Positions 10,088-20,325 of a DNA stretch of 64,000 bases are shown piece after piece; position 1 is the stretch's first letter; the number at the start of each line of letters is the position of its first letter. The DNA comes from Candidatus Latescibacterota bacterium. GTDB taxonomy: Bacteria > Latescibacterota > CBDEFO01. The position numbers and the translations under genes are program-made. The stretch is taken from positions 2,816,001 to 2,880,000 of the forward strand of contig OZ252149.1 in assembly GCA_965248755.1 (NCBI GenBank). Direction: 5' to 3'. A model generated the notes under the pieces. It searched no databases, was not told where the DNA came from, and was given only the letters and a program-made list of their open reading frames with translations.

Positions 10088-10381
10088 GTGACAACGACTA
10101 AGAAGGATCTCGCTATAAGAGTCAGCCAGGATACAGCTTGTAAGAAGAGTTTAGCTGCCGATATGGTCCAGAGCTTATTCGATGCAATGAGAGAGAGCCT
10201 TGAAAAAGGCGAAAGAATAGAGATCAGAGGCTTCGGAGTCTTTCAGGTTAAGAACACCAGACCCAAGCCTGCTGCAAGGAATCCAAGAACAGGAGAAAGG
10301 ATCCGCGTTCCCGCACGTCGCAAGACCCACTTTAAACCCGGCAAGCTTCTCAAAGACACACTCCACCAGTCGATAGAGTAG
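10088..10381 (+). CDS. HU/IHF-family DNA-binding protein
   Basis: TKKDL...GERIEIRGFGVF...ARNPRTGE...HFKPGK; probable GTG start at 10088. Confidence 0.93.
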   Translation: MTTTKKDLAIRVSQDTACKKSLAADMVQSLFDAMRESLEKGERIEIRGFGVFQVKNTRPKPAARNPRTGERIRVPARRKTHFKPGKLLKDTLHQSIE

Positions 10382-10541
10382 CGGAGAGTCAATGTGCTTT
10401 TTTCCCAGAAAAGTTGTTCCCCGATAGAATCAATCGGGGATGGCGAGCGCCTTCGATCTTTTGGGGTCTCCTTCTCTCCAGAGGAATCTCTCCATGCACA
10501 GTAGGGTGTAATCGCCAGACTCGCTTGAGAGGGAACTGAAA

Positions 10542-10965
10542 GTGGACGACTCTGCTGTAATATTACCGCTTTTGGTATTCATCTTGTTTATTCTGCTGGT
10601 CTTCGGATTTCACACGCTTATAAGTGAATATCTCGAGTGGGCAATTGAAGGTGTCCTGCTCGCTATATTGGCATCCGAAGCGTGGCGTATCTTCAAGTAT
10701 CAGGCAGTTAAACAAATTGAAAAGGAAAGCAGAGATAGCTGCAAAAAAGAGAGAGTATAATCGGCTTATGGAGCAGTCCCAAACCTATCTGGATAAAGGA
10801 CGTATAGACGAAGCCCTTGATCTTTGCAACAGAGCCGCCCTACTGACAGAGGACGAATCTATAGTTGCAAAAAGGTATGAGGAGACGGGAGATGTGCTTA
10901 TGCTGTTAGGAGAGTTTGGGAAAGCCAAAGAATGTTTTCAAAAGGGCATTCGTCTTCTCGTTTAG
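10542..10965 (+). pseudogene. Small membrane-anchored TPR-like protein split by an apparent frameshift near 10700
   Basis: ORF 10542..10760 encodes two TM helices; the overlapping ORF ending at 10965 encodes TPR-like helices (YLDKGRIDEAL...GDVLMLLGEFGKAKECFQKG). Confidence 0.5.
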
Positions 10966-11173
10966 GGTCTTGAGTAGCACAGTAGTTTTTGCCTATAGAT
11001 CTGATAACGAAAAAGGTGGTAGACAGAATATAGGTACTAGCCGCCGTGGACGCTTTGTCAGGGAGTGGAGGCAGCAGCGCACGAAGTGCCGCCCCTACTC
11101 CCTTTTTATTGACGAACAGGAGTCAACTGCTTAGATGTGCATCGGAGCAAGCTTTGGACAGACCGGAGGAAAT

Positions 11174-12016
11174 ATGCTATTAGGAGCACACACATCGGGT
11201 CAAGGAGGATTGGATAAGGCTGTTTTAGTGGCTGAGGAGATAGGCTGTAACACGGTTCAGATATTTACCAAAAATCCAAACCAGTGGAGGGGTTTCGAGC
11301 TTACAGATGAGATCACGGATGGGTTTAAGAAAGTCTGCAGGGATACGGGGATATATCCTGTGGTGGCTCACGATTCTTATCTGATTAACTTGGCTTCTCC
11401 ACAAAAGGCCACGTACGGAAGATCAATAGGGGCCTTCCACACGGAGATAAAAAGGGCGGAAGCCCTAGGCGTTTCATTTCTGGTGACTCATCCGGGGGCT
11501 CACAAAGATTCGGGAGAGGATGAGGGGATAAAGCGTCTGTCAGAGAGTATTAACAACGTGCACCACAAGACTCCTGGATTTCAACTTAAAATCCTGTTAG
11601 AGACTACGGCGGGTCAGGGGACATATTTAGGACACAGATTTGAGCACCTAACACAGATGATAGAGCTGATTGATGAAGACGACAGAGTAGGCGTCTGTTT
11701 CGATACTTGCCACGTGTTTGCGGCCGGATACGATATAAGAACAAGCGACGGGTATTACAAGACTTTGGAGGAGTTCGATAAGATTGTAGGATTTGATAGG
11801 CTTAAGGTAATTCACGCTAACGATTCCAAGAAGGGATTGGGCAGCAGAGCGGACAGGCACGAACATATAGGAGAGGGGCAGATAGGTCTGGAGGCGTTCA
11901 GGCTGTTGCTCAACGACGAAAGGTTGAAAGGAATACCGATGATAGTAGAGACTCCGGACTCTGAGACCATGCACAAGGTAAATCTGATGAGATTAAGAGA
12001 CCTGATAGAACCGTAG
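11174..12016 (+). CDS. nfo: Endonuclease IV
   Basis: LGAHTS, QIFTKNP, HDSYLINLAS, HPG, LLETTAGQG, CFDTCHVFAAG, HANDSK, DRHEHIGEG and ETP motifs; GGAGG RBS before ATG 11174. Confidence 0.96.
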   Translation: MLLGAHTSGQGGLDKAVLVAEEIGCNTVQIFTKNPNQWRGFELTDEITDGFKKVCRDTGIYPVVAHDSYLINLASPQKATYGRSIGAFHTEIKRAEALGVSFLVTHPGAHKDSGEDEGIKRLSESINNVHHKTPGFQLKILLETTAGQGTYLGHRFEHLTQMIELIDEDDRVGVCFDTCHVFAAGYDIRTSDGYYKTLEEFDKIVGFDRLKVIHANDSKKGLGSRADRHEHIGEGQIGLEAFRLLLNDERLKGIPMIVETPDSETMHKVNLMRLRDLIEP

Positions 12017-12036
12017 AGTTCCGGCAAGAAAAATAC

Positions 12037-12065
12037 TTGACAAGTTGCGGGTTTGTCACTATACT
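12037..12065 (+). promoter_or_regulatory. Sigma70-type promoter with overlapping inverted repeat
   Basis: TTGACA-17 nt-TATACT; TGACAA-N9-TTGTCA dyad across the -35 and spacer. Confidence 0.65.
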
Positions 12066-12144
12066 AATTCCACATTAGGTAGATAGAAGTGGTAGATAAA
12101 GTCACACCTTGCGCAATTCCAGATATTATGGAGATAAGGGGATC

Positions 12145-15100
12145 ATGAAGGCAAGGGGATGCATGAAGGCTAAGGCTTTGATTTTAATGTCTCTTATGTT
12201 TGGATTGTATTCCGATACAGAGGCAGCCTATACCCCTGACATGGATTACGATGACCTTTATGAATCTGTGGATGAGGACAGGATAAGAGAAAATGTAGAG
12301 TTCCTGTCGTCTTTGGGATCGAGGGTCGTGGGTTATCCAGGTAGCGATACAGCGGCGGTGTACATACAGCGGCAGTTTGAAAGAATCGGGCTCCAGGATG
12401 TAAGGTCGGAGGAGTACACGATGGTCATTCCGGTGGACAAGGGAGGGAGTCTTAGCATCATAGGTGAAGATAAGAAGATAAGGCTCTACTCGATATGGCC
12501 CAATTTAGTTAAGACATCTACGCTGCCTGAGGGTGGAATAAGAGGGAATTTGATATACGGAGGGTCGGGAGAATTTTCAGCCTTCAACGGGAAGGATGTG
12601 GAGGGGAGTATAACTCTTATGGAGTTTAACACGTGGAACAACTGGCTGAATGCTGCGATGTTAGGGACACAGGCTGTGATTTTCATTGAGCCTGACGAGA
12701 CGGTGTACCTGGAAGCCGAGCAAAAATTTGTCCAAGTTCCTTTAAGCGTCGAAAGGTTCTGGATCTCCAAGGAGGAAGGCCGATATCTGTTAGAACGATT
12801 GAAAGAGGAGGATATTCAGGTCCACATGGAGGCGAGGATGGACTGGGAAAGGAGACCGGCGTGGAACATTATGGGAACTATACCTGGGTACGACGCAGTG
12901 TTGAAGGATGAGATAATAGCCATTCAGTCCTATTACGATGCGATGTCGGTAGTTCCTGCACTGGCTCCAGGCGCGGAGATGTCATCTGGCGTCGTTGGAC
13001 TCTTGGAGCTGGCAAGGTATTTCAGGCAGCATCCTTCCAGAAGGACATTGATATTTCTGGCGACTTCGGCTCACCATCTGGGATTAAGAGGGATAAGCGA
13101 TTTCCTTCAGAGGCACCACAGGAGGGAGGAACATTACGTCAAGATGATGGAAGAGCCTATAGACATAAAGCTGTTTATAGGACTGGATCTGTCCTCGCGG
13201 ACCGATGAGTTGGGGATATGGAACAGCAGTTCGGGCTTTTCTCACAAGCGTTTCTTCGCTCCGTTCGGCAGGACCTTTGTGAATCTTGCAGAAAGAGTAG
13301 GTAAGGCATTAGGTTTAGATCCGAAAGGCGTTTTGGCAAACGGCATCAGTCCCGTGACCGGAATCAGTTGGGAGACGTTTATCCCCGGGGGATCTATAAA
13401 TGTGGATAGTGAGGTCGTGTTCCGCACAGGGACCCCATCTTTGTCTTTTGTGACTATCAACGACGGAAGATTTCTGGCGGATACTCCCTTCGATGTGCCG
13501 GAGAAGATGAACTTTTCTAACCTTGCGACTCAGATCAGAGTACTGGCGGGGATGTTCTATATGGCGTTCGACGATCCGCGCCTCTTTCCAGACCTCAAGG
13601 AGAGGCAGAAAGATACCCTCAAAGGAGTTTTAGGTCGGGTGGCCACGCTTACCAGGGGCAGCGTAACACCGGATCATCCAGTAGCGGGGGCTGTGGCGGT
13701 TTTAAGGACGGGAGGAAAGTCGCAAAAAGGTGTCAGGGGCACGCACTACGAGATCACAGACGCAGATGGCCTCTTTCAAGTCAATAGCATCTTAGTAAGT
13801 AACCTGGCTGTTGAGGCTTACTACATCGATCCTTATACGGGGAATATCACGTACGCACCCAACAAAGGGGGACAGTCTAAGATATATGGTGCTGAGTTCA
13901 CTGCAGATTGGTGGCAGACAAAGACAGTCACCGAGCTCTTTCAGTGTGTCTCGACCGACTTTTACGATACTGTGGATCCGAGGTACTTGACCAAGCTTCA
14001 GGAAGTTGTGGTTTACGACGAGAGCAATACAGCCCCAAACGACTTCGGGTATTCGATAGGCTATGGTCCGACCGAGCCTATAGGGGTGCTCTTTACGCGA
14101 CCGGGAGAGAAAGTTAAGATCTCTATGAGTGCGGGGATGTTCGGCGTACGATACCTCTTGACCAATTCTACCATACAGGTAGAAGATACCTTAACGGTCT
14201 CCCTCGATGCCCCGGTCCTCCTGCGCACAGACCAAGCGAAGATCGAAAAAGGTTCCTTTAAGCTTATCGATTCTGGAGGAACGCTCCTTAGGGTGGGAGT
14301 TGACTACACGGTAGACTACGAAAACGGATCTATAACGGCTCTTTCCTCCGGTGGGAGACTCGTTGACGGAATTGACTATAATATCAGCTATCGCATATTC
14401 CCACAAAATGAAGAGGAAGCAACGGGGGTGGGGTTTGAGACTTTAGATCACGGGGCGCTCATCAGGACTTCCTTTTTAGCTGCCAGGGACATGTGGAATC
14501 TGGATGAAGCCAGGATCAACGAGCTTAAGAAGTACTCCATAGAGAATAAGAGGCTGGATTTACTCCACAATACCGCTGGGACGCAGTTGGATCTGGCGCA
14601 GAAGGCTATGGAGGATAAGAGATGGGACGATTTTATTAAGTATACCAGAGCTGCGATGGGCATAGAGTCAAGGGCCTATCCTGATGTCAGAGACACTCAA
14701 AATGACGTGGTAAGGGGGATAATATTCTTTATGGTTCTGGTGCTCCCATGCGCCTATTTCCTGGAGAGGCTCCTCTTTTCCTTTGCGACTATTCAGGGCA
14801 GAATATTGGGGTTCATCGGAGTATTCATAGTGATATGGTTCTTTATGTCTTTAGTTCATCCTGCATTTGAACTATCCAACCCGTTTGTGATACTGTTAGC
14901 ATTTGTAATCTTGGCTCTGGCGGTATTCGTGATGTCTATGGTATTTTCCAAATTCGACGTTCAGATGAAAAACTTAAGAAAAGAAGCGGCCATAGTGCAC
15001 GATACGGACGTTGGCAGGATGTCTGCGTCTATGACCGCTTTTTCTTTGGGTGTATCCAATATGAGGAGGAGGAAGCTTAGAACAGGGCTGACTTTGGTGA

Positions 15101-16806
15101 CTATCCTGCTTTTGACGTTTACAGTCCTGTCGTTCTCGTCTATAAAGACCAAGTTGAGGTTCAACCAGGTTCCGATGGATGATGAGGGGATATACGAGGG
15201 TGCTCTTATACGGAACAGGACGTGGGGGGGGCTGGAGCAGTCAGCTTACGACTATGCAAAGTCCGATTTCGAGGACATGGCTGTAGTGGTTCCCAGGAGT
15301 TGGTACACCTTTAGGTCCAAGAATTTCATCAAGCTTAAGTGGGAAGACAAATCGGTGAACGCCTTCGGGGTCTTAGGCGTAACTGCCGACGAGCAGGAGG
15401 TGACGGGATTGGACAGGTGTTTACTAGTTGGGAAATGGTTTGATGAGAACGACAGATATGTCTGCATCATTCCGACGGACATGGCAAGCAAATTGGAGAT
15501 AGGCTTTGAGGATGTTGGCACGGCAACGGTCAGGCTCTTCGGGGAGATGTTCACTGTGGTGGGGATTATAGATTCCAGAAAGGCGGAGCACGTAAAGGAC
15601 CTGGATGGAGAGGTCCTGACCCCGGCGGACTTCAAGGAGACAGGCGGACAGATGATTCAGATGACGGCTCAAAGGGAGCAGGAGGAAAGACAGGGTTTGA
15701 CCGACAGACCGCCTGTGATAGAGGCATTTGAGCATCTGAAGATGGATAATGTGCTGATCGTCCCATACAGGACCCTGCGGGAAGTCGGAGGTTCGCTCAG
15801 GTCTGTGGCTGTGAAGTTCAACGAGGGGGTGGACGTAGTAGGCCTGATAGAAAATTTCATCTCCAGGCTGGCTGTGACCCTTTTTGCCGGGATCAAGAAC
15901 GAGGAGACGGGGCGAATAGATGTCTCCGTTTACAGTTCTCTGGGATTGACTACATTCAGGGGGTTGACCAATCTCTTTATCCCGATGTTGATCGCCGCAT
16001 TGATAGTCCTAAATACGATGATGGGGGCCGTCCATGAGCGATTCAGGGAGATAAGTATATATTCTTCCGTAGGGCTGGCCCCTGTGCACATCTCTCTTCT
16101 TTTCATCGCAGAGGCGTGCGTCTATGCGGTCTTAGGGGTGGTATCCGGGTATCTGGTGGGACAAGGTGTGGCAAAGGTGTTGATATTGGGAGGGTGGCTT
16201 TCCGGTTTCACGCTGAACTATTCCTCAATGTCGACCGTTATGTCGGCACTTTTGGTGATGATCGTGGTCATGCTTTCGACTCTGTATCCTGCAAAGAAGG
16301 CCGCAAGTATAGCTGTGCCCGACGTGATGAGGAGGTGGAAGATCCCCGAGCCAGATGGGGACGACTGGACATTCGATTTTCCCTTTACCGTAGGCGGAGC
16401 GGATGTACTGGGAATATGCACCTTCTTGATGGACTATTTCGACGCCTACAGCGAGGAGTCTGTGGGGATATTCTACACTCAAAATGCGAGGCTCTCAGAT
16501 CGTGAGACGCCAAAGGGGATAGGTTACAGCATAGATATGGATATATGGCTGGCTCCTTACGATCAGGGGGTAAGTCAACACATAGAGTTCAGCGCGAATC
16601 CGACAGGCGCGCATAATGTGTATGATATAGAGTTGAACATAAGGCGGGTCAGCGGTCAGGATGTGTCCTGGAAGAGGGCAAATCAGAGGCTTATGAACGT
16701 GATAAGGAAACAGTTCTTAATCTGGAGGACTATCCCTGCTGATGCAAAGGACGAATACAGACACAAGGGAACAAATCTGCTTGAGGAACAGGCTGTTGTG
16801 GCATAA
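12145..16806 (+). CDS. Large secreted M28-peptidase-like/PA-domain protein fused to a MacB/FtsX-type permease
   Basis: Signal peptide; SRVVGYPG, PA insert (GNLIYGGSG), NIMGTIPG and RRTLIFLATS (M28 fold); TM cluster; NMRRRKLRTGLTL and ERFREISIYSSVGL...LFIAEA FtsX motifs. Start uncertain (12109/12145/12163). Confidence 0.8.
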   Translation: MKARGCMKAKALILMSLMFGLYSDTEAAYTPDMDYDDLYESVDEDRIRENVEFLSSLGSRVVGYPGSDTAAVYIQRQFERIGLQDVRSEEYTMVIPVDKGGSLSIIGEDKKIRLYSIWPNLVKTSTLPEGGIRGNLIYGGSGEFSAFNGKDVEGSITLMEFNTWNNWLNAAMLGTQAVIFIEPDETVYLEAEQKFVQVPLSVERFWISKEEGRYLLERLKEEDIQVHMEARMDWERRPAWNIMGTIPGYDAVLKDEIIAIQSYYDAMSVVPALAPGAEMSSGVVGLLELARYFRQHPSRRTLIFLATSAHHLGLRGISDFLQRHHRREEHYVKMMEEPIDIKLFIGLDLSSRTDELGIWNSSSGFSHKRFFAPFGRTFVNLAERVGKALGLDPKGVLANGISPVTGISWETFIPGGSINVDSEVVFRTGTPSLSFVTINDGRFLADTPFDVPEKMNFSNLATQIRVLAGMFYMAFDDPRLFPDLKERQKDTLKGVLGRVATLTRGSVTPDHPVAGAVAVLRTGGKSQKGVRGTHYEITDADGLFQVNSILVSNLAVEAYYIDPYTGNITYAPNKGGQSKIYGAEFTADWWQTKTVTELFQCVSTDFYDTVDPRYLTKLQEVVVYDESNTAPNDFGYSIGYGPTEPIGVLFTRPGEKVKISMSAGMFGVRYLLTNSTIQVEDTLTVSLDAPVLLRTDQAKIEKGSFKLIDSGGTLLRVGVDYTVDYENGSITALSSGGRLVDGIDYNISYRIFPQNEEEATGVGFETLDHGALIRTSFLAARDMWNLDEARINELKKYSIENKRLDLLHNTAGTQLDLAQKAMEDKRWDDFIKYTRAAMGIESRAYPDVRDTQNDVVRGIIFFMVLVLPCAYFLERLLFSFATIQGRILGFIGVFIVIWFFMSLVHPAFELSNPFVILLAFVILALAVFVMSMVFSKFDVQMKNLRKEAAIVHDTDVGRMSASMTAFSLGVSNMRRRKLRTGLTLVTILLLTFTVLSFSSIKTKLRFNQVPMDDEGIYEGALIRNRTWGGLEQSAYDYAKSDFEDMAVVVPRSWYTFRSKNFIKLKWEDKSVNAFGVLGVTADEQEVTGLDRCLLVGKWFDENDRYVCIIPTDMASKLEIGFEDVGTATVRLFGEMFTVVGIIDSRKAEHVKDLDGEVLTPADFKETGGQMIQMTAQREQEERQGLTDRPPVIEAFEHLKMDNVLIVPYRTLREVGGSLRSVAVKFNEGVDVVGLIENFISRLAVTLFAGIKNEETGRIDVSVYSSLGLTTFRGLTNLFIPMLIAALIVLNTMMGAVHERFREISIYSSVGLAPVHISLLFIAEACVYAVLGVVSGYLVGQGVAKVLILGGWLSGFTLNYSSMSTVMSALLVMIVVMLSTLYPAKKAASIAVPDVMRRWKIPEPDGDDWTFDFPFTVGGADVLGICTFLMDYFDAYSEESVGIFYTQNARLSDRETPKGIGYSIDMDIWLAPYDQGVSQHIEFSANPTGAHNVYDIELNIRRVSGQDVSWKRANQRLMNVIRKQFLIWRTIPADAKDEYRHKGTNLLEEQAVVA

Positions 16807-17033
16807 AGCAGACAGGGAAAGACAGTAGACGTATGTAGGGGCGAACCGGTGCGGCAGTGACAGGTCTGCCCCTGCACTTTCTATTGCTGGATTTGGGTGA
16901 CATTTCTTGAAATGGCAGCTATACTTTTCTGCATGGTGGTTCTAACATTCCTGTCTGACATTAGATCAGTCAGAACAGAGGTACATGTCTGTTGGCCCGA
17001 TATTTGTGAGGCCAAAATGGAAAGGGCAATTCT

Positions 17034-19658
17034 TTGTTAGGGCGCAAGGGCGGCTCTCAATTTGAGGAGATCGAAGAGTACAGGGATCTTCTGCACCCTC
17101 CCGAGCAGTTCGAGGAGGGTTTCACTATAAGGACTATTATAGGGGCGCTGTTCATCTCTGTAATTATGGTCCCCGGCAATATGTATTTGGACTTGATGAT
17201 CGGAGGAGGAATAGGTGCTGCGGCTCAGTGGGTGACGATCATCCTCTTTATGGAGATCGCTAAGAGGTCGTTTGTGACGATGAAAAAGCAGGAGATTTAC
17301 CTGCTTTTATATGTGTCCAGCGCTTTAGTGGCGGCAGAGACAGGGATGTTTGAAGGTCTTATATGGAGCCAGTATTTCGTGCAATCTCCTGCGGCACAAC
17401 AGTTCGGCATAGCCGAACTTATCCCCCATTGGGTGTCTCCTCAACCTGAATCTGAGGCGATAATAAACAGGACGTTTCTCCATAAGGATTGGCTGTATGC
17501 TATTATACTTTTGGTTTTAGGTACTGTGTTTGGAAAGTTAGCGTGGTTTACGGGGGGCTATGTGCTCTTTAGAGTTACGTCCGATTACGAAAGATTACCC
17601 TATCCCTTCGCTCCGATTGCAGCCCACGGGGCGATGGCTCTGGCGGAGGAGAGCAGCGGCCAGGAGACCTGGAGATGGAGACTCTTTTCGGTCGGAGCCG
17701 TAATAGGGATGGTATGGGGCGTCTTATATGTAGGGGTTCCCACTATCACGGGCGCACTGGCGGCCGAGCCTATTCAGCTGATTCCGATTCCGTTCTGGGA
17801 TGTCACGCAGTACACGGGATATTTTCTCCCTGCGGCGCCTATGGGAATTACGCTCCATCTGGGGCCTATCTTCGCGGGATTGGTGGCTCCTTACTGGGGC
17901 ATAATAGGATCGGTCATAGGGGCGGTATTTTATACAGTGGCGAACCCTATTTTGTATCACAACGGCTATCTGCCGAGCTGGTTTTTAGGGATGGATACGA
18001 TTCAGACCCAGATGGTTATTACGATAGATTTTTGGATGAGCTTTTCTATCGGAATAACCTTGACGCTTGCGGTTATAGGTTTCTACCAGCTATTTGTAGG
18101 GGTGAAGACGAAAAAGGAGGAGGAAACCAAGTCCCCAGAGGCCAAAAGGACGATGGCACCACCCCCAGGGAGAGGAGATTTCAGGATTTGGGTATGCCTC
18201 TTGGTCTTCGGGATAGCCAGCCTTTACGGGATTGTCCTTGCCAAGGTCTTATTTCCGGATCTCGTCGATACGAGGCTCCTTATGTTCTTGATCTTCTTCG
18301 GTTTCGTCTATACTCCGGTGATGTCGTGGATAAACGCTCGCCTGATCGGCATGGTGGGTCAGACTGTGTCCTTGCCTTACGTGAGGGAGGCGACCATATT
18401 TTTGAGCGGCTTCAGGGGCATAGAAATATGGTACGTGCCGTTTCCACTGGGAGATTACGGAAGTCAGGCGTCCAAGTTCAGGGAGATCGAACTTACGGGA
18501 TTGAAATTTACAAGCATAGTAAAGGCTGAGATTTTTATGGTGCCTCTTGTGTTCATCATGAGCTTTCTGTACTGGTCTTATATATGGAAGTTATCCCCGA
18601 TCCCCTCAGCGACGTATCCTTACGCTCAGAAGATGTGGCCCTTGAGGGCATTTCAGTCGTGCATATTTCTTACAAGCACTATAAGGGGTGAACCTAACGT
18701 CGAAGAGGACCAGAATGACAAGGGCTCGTGGAGCACTCCCAATCTGATTGACGGCTATTGGTGGTTCTGGAGAGTTAGGGCAACGTACGACGTGGATGTT
18801 GAGGATCCTGACCAAAGAAGATATGGGGAGTGGTCAGAAGTTGGCCATTTCTACACGGATTTCGAAGGCCTGGGTCTGCCGTCTATTCCGCTTCCGAGGA
18901 TTCCGGAGAAAGTTCGCGGTGAGGAACCAGAAGAAGGAACGCCTCCTGCGCCTGTGATAGTAAGTCCCCAAGACGGTGTGATGGTGAACTCGCCGACGGT
19001 CAATTTGACCATTCTTCCACCAGAAGGGTATGAAGGAGAGGTGACCTACGACGTTGAAGATTTCGGTCCAGGAATTTCATCCAAGTTAAAGGGGGTTTTG
19101 AAAGGCCGAAACCTGATGATGGTCTTTGCTTCTTCAGATCCAGAAGAGTCGCACGAGAAAGTTCCTGTTGAAACACCAGATATGGAGGATCTTATAGCTC
19201 AGATGGATGAGGAGTTAAAAGAGGCATCAGTTGTAGAGGGCGGACGACTTATAGCTTACCTCCAGTTTGAAGTGGACCAGGTACCGACATTCGATGGCAC
19301 TGACCATCAGACTTCGGACGACAAACCCCTCTTTTTCAAAGCGATAAAGCCAGAGGTGATAGGAGTCGGGTTTTTAACCTCGCTATTATCCTTTGTCACA
19401 CTGTCCGTCTTAGGCCTTCCGATCCTTCTGATCTTCGGCTTTGTGCATGGTATGATTTCTCTTCCGCATTTCATACTACCGTCAATAATCGGAGCGTTGC
19501 TGGCGAAGTACTATTTCTGGCCGAAGTATGGGAAAAAGCAGTGGAGGCTATACGCCACTGTGCTGACTGTGGGCTTTGGCGTGGGGATGTCTTTGATGGG
19601 TATGGCGTCGGTGGCGATTTCGATAATTCAAAAGTCCGTCACGACGATACTCTTTTGA
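17034..19658 (+). CDS. OPT/YSL-superfamily-like membrane transporter with a large soluble insert
   Basis: EEGFTIRTIIG, many TM helices, ERLPYPFAP and PIPSATYPYAQKMW motifs, and an approximately 220-aa hydrophilic insert before the last TM group. Confidence 0.7.
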   Translation: MLGRKGGSQFEEIEEYRDLLHPPEQFEEGFTIRTIIGALFISVIMVPGNMYLDLMIGGGIGAAAQWVTIILFMEIAKRSFVTMKKQEIYLLLYVSSALVAAETGMFEGLIWSQYFVQSPAAQQFGIAELIPHWVSPQPESEAIINRTFLHKDWLYAIILLVLGTVFGKLAWFTGGYVLFRVTSDYERLPYPFAPIAAHGAMALAEESSGQETWRWRLFSVGAVIGMVWGVLYVGVPTITGALAAEPIQLIPIPFWDVTQYTGYFLPAAPMGITLHLGPIFAGLVAPYWGIIGSVIGAVFYTVANPILYHNGYLPSWFLGMDTIQTQMVITIDFWMSFSIGITLTLAVIGFYQLFVGVKTKKEEETKSPEAKRTMAPPPGRGDFRIWVCLLVFGIASLYGIVLAKVLFPDLVDTRLLMFLIFFGFVYTPVMSWINARLIGMVGQTVSLPYVREATIFLSGFRGIEIWYVPFPLGDYGSQASKFREIELTGLKFTSIVKAEIFMVPLVFIMSFLYWSYIWKLSPIPSATYPYAQKMWPLRAFQSCIFLTSTIRGEPNVEEDQNDKGSWSTPNLIDGYWWFWRVRATYDVDVEDPDQRRYGEWSEVGHFYTDFEGLGLPSIPLPRIPEKVRGEEPEEGTPPAPVIVSPQDGVMVNSPTVNLTILPPEGYEGEVTYDVEDFGPGISSKLKGVLKGRNLMMVFASSDPEESHEKVPVETPDMEDLIAQMDEELKEASVVEGGRLIAYLQFEVDQVPTFDGTDHQTSDDKPLFFKAIKPEVIGVGFLTSLLSFVTLSVLGLPILLIFGFVHGMISLPHFILPSIIGALLAKYYFWPKYGKKQWRLYATVLTVGFGVGMSLMGMASVAISIIQKSVTTILF

Positions 19659-19825
19659 TTAAGTAAAGAGCTGTTGACATCATCCACAAGACAACGAAAA
19701 GCAGTAGAGGCGACCACTTCGTGGCTTGTTACCTCCATTCCCTGACAATGCACGGAGTGCCGGGTTTCCTCGCCTAATCGCTCGATTTCCGCTCTCCTTT
19801 AGAGTATCAAAGATATGGCGAAAGA

Positions 19826-20090
19826 CTACTTGAATCTGCGTTTGACGACCTCTCTGAAGTCCTCATAAGGTCTTACCGGAAGTATTTCATCAAATCCGAG
19901 ATAGTGCGCCTGAGGCAATGCTGCCATCAGTACCTGATCCAATTAGTCGTGAGAATCTGCGTTTACGACTTCGCTGACGACTCTCTGTCATTAGACCTTG
20001 TAGATCCTATCTGCCTTGACTGCTACGTTCGTACCTAATGCTGCTTCCTTTCCCTATCTGATTTTGAGAAAGTAGCGGGATATTTCATAT
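19826..20090 (-). pseudogene. Muconolactone delta-isomerase-like pseudogene
   Basis: One frame reads YFLKIR*GKEAALG...IYKV**QRVV..V.ADSHD*LDQVLMAALPQAHYLGFDEILPVRPYEDF...KRRFK*, with four internal stops. Confidence 0.5.
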
Positions 20091-20325
20091 CTCTCTGCCT
20101 CGGTTATCCGATTCGGACAAATGTTTGGCAATATAGGCAGAATCTGTCTCTTGTCGAGTAAAATCTGCTCTGATTGGGCTTTCAGTTCACCAAGAGTAAC
20201 CTCGAGTTACCACAGTCGATACTAAGAGTGCTTCGCTTTGCTCGCAATGACGTTGCCCACTTTTAGTTATTTCGATCTGTCAGAGCCCCAAGCAAACTGA
20301 AACTACTTGAGTATACCAAGGAACA

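Noticed and set aside
17675..18529. 284-aa alternative-frame ORF inside the OPT-like gene
   Set aside because: No recognisable motifs and an Arg/Gly-rich composition typical of a shadow frame of a membrane-protein gene.
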